Below are positions 63,672 to 64,000 of a stretch of DNA of 64,000 bases, piece after piece. This DNA comes from Zygnema circumcarinatum SAG 698-1b (taxonomy: Eukaryota > Plantae > Zygnematophyceae), in assembly GCA_037447605.1 (NCBI GenBank), contig CM074809.1:4082689-4146688 (forward strand). Direction: 5' to 3'. The notes under the pieces were generated by a model. It saw nothing but the letters and a program-made list of their open reading frames with translations. It searched no databases and had not been told where the DNA came from. The translations under genes and the position numbers were made by a program. Each line of letters begins with the position of its first letter. Position 1 is the first letter of the stretch.

Positions 63672-64000
63672 GTGAGTTCCCATGGGCCGTTTTGTGTAGG
63701 AGGGCAGAGGAGGCTTATGCTTATGCGTGTACTATACATGCTTGCGCTAATGATGCCTATTGCGCACTAGTTTCGTTTTAAGGTTTAGGTTTAACCTGAT
63801 GCTCCTCCTCCTTGTCACTTGAATGCGGAATGAAACAATCAAAAAATGAACCTGAATCTGTAAGCTCTGCACAGCGAATACAACGACAATTAGACGCATC
63901 ATTCTCAAATGCCTTTACTGACCGATGGTGAAAGGAACGGAAAACCCGAGTCATTTAGCATCGCAGACAGCAGCAGAAAGGAATAGCATCATCACCACCA

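Overview
Eukaryotic nuclear DNA from an intron-rich, gene-dense green plant genome, most likely a streptophyte alga or early-diverging land plant (inferred from plant-type KOB1, ARIA and DUF707 genes plus minor-spliceosome introns; species not identified). I reconstructed 14 spliced protein-coding genes by hand: CHLM (5' part outside the window), peroxisomal 2,4-dienoyl-CoA reductase, SMC3, DXR, a DUF707 protein, a 98-aa membrane microprotein, a RING-CH E3 ligase, ARIA, DEAD-box RH10/RRP3, RPS20, HST, RPS29, a putative mitochondrial membrane protein and KOB1 (runs off the 3' end). I saw no prokaryotic-type system, CRISPR array, tRNA/rRNA gene or autonomous transposon. The most interesting signals are non-coding: (1) two U12-type introns in SMC3, one AT-AC and one GT-AG; (2) a dispersed ~90-bp intergenic element whose hairpin stem is conserved while the loop varies; (3) CGTAC clusters and CGATA pentamer arrays/palindromes upstream of most genes; (4) telomere-type repeats at the RH10 locus; (5) an apparent 1-bp frameshift in the DUF707 gene; (6) neighbouring uS10 and uS14 genes that both deviate from family consensus. 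Most of the supplied six-frame ORFs are intron or repeat artefacts.
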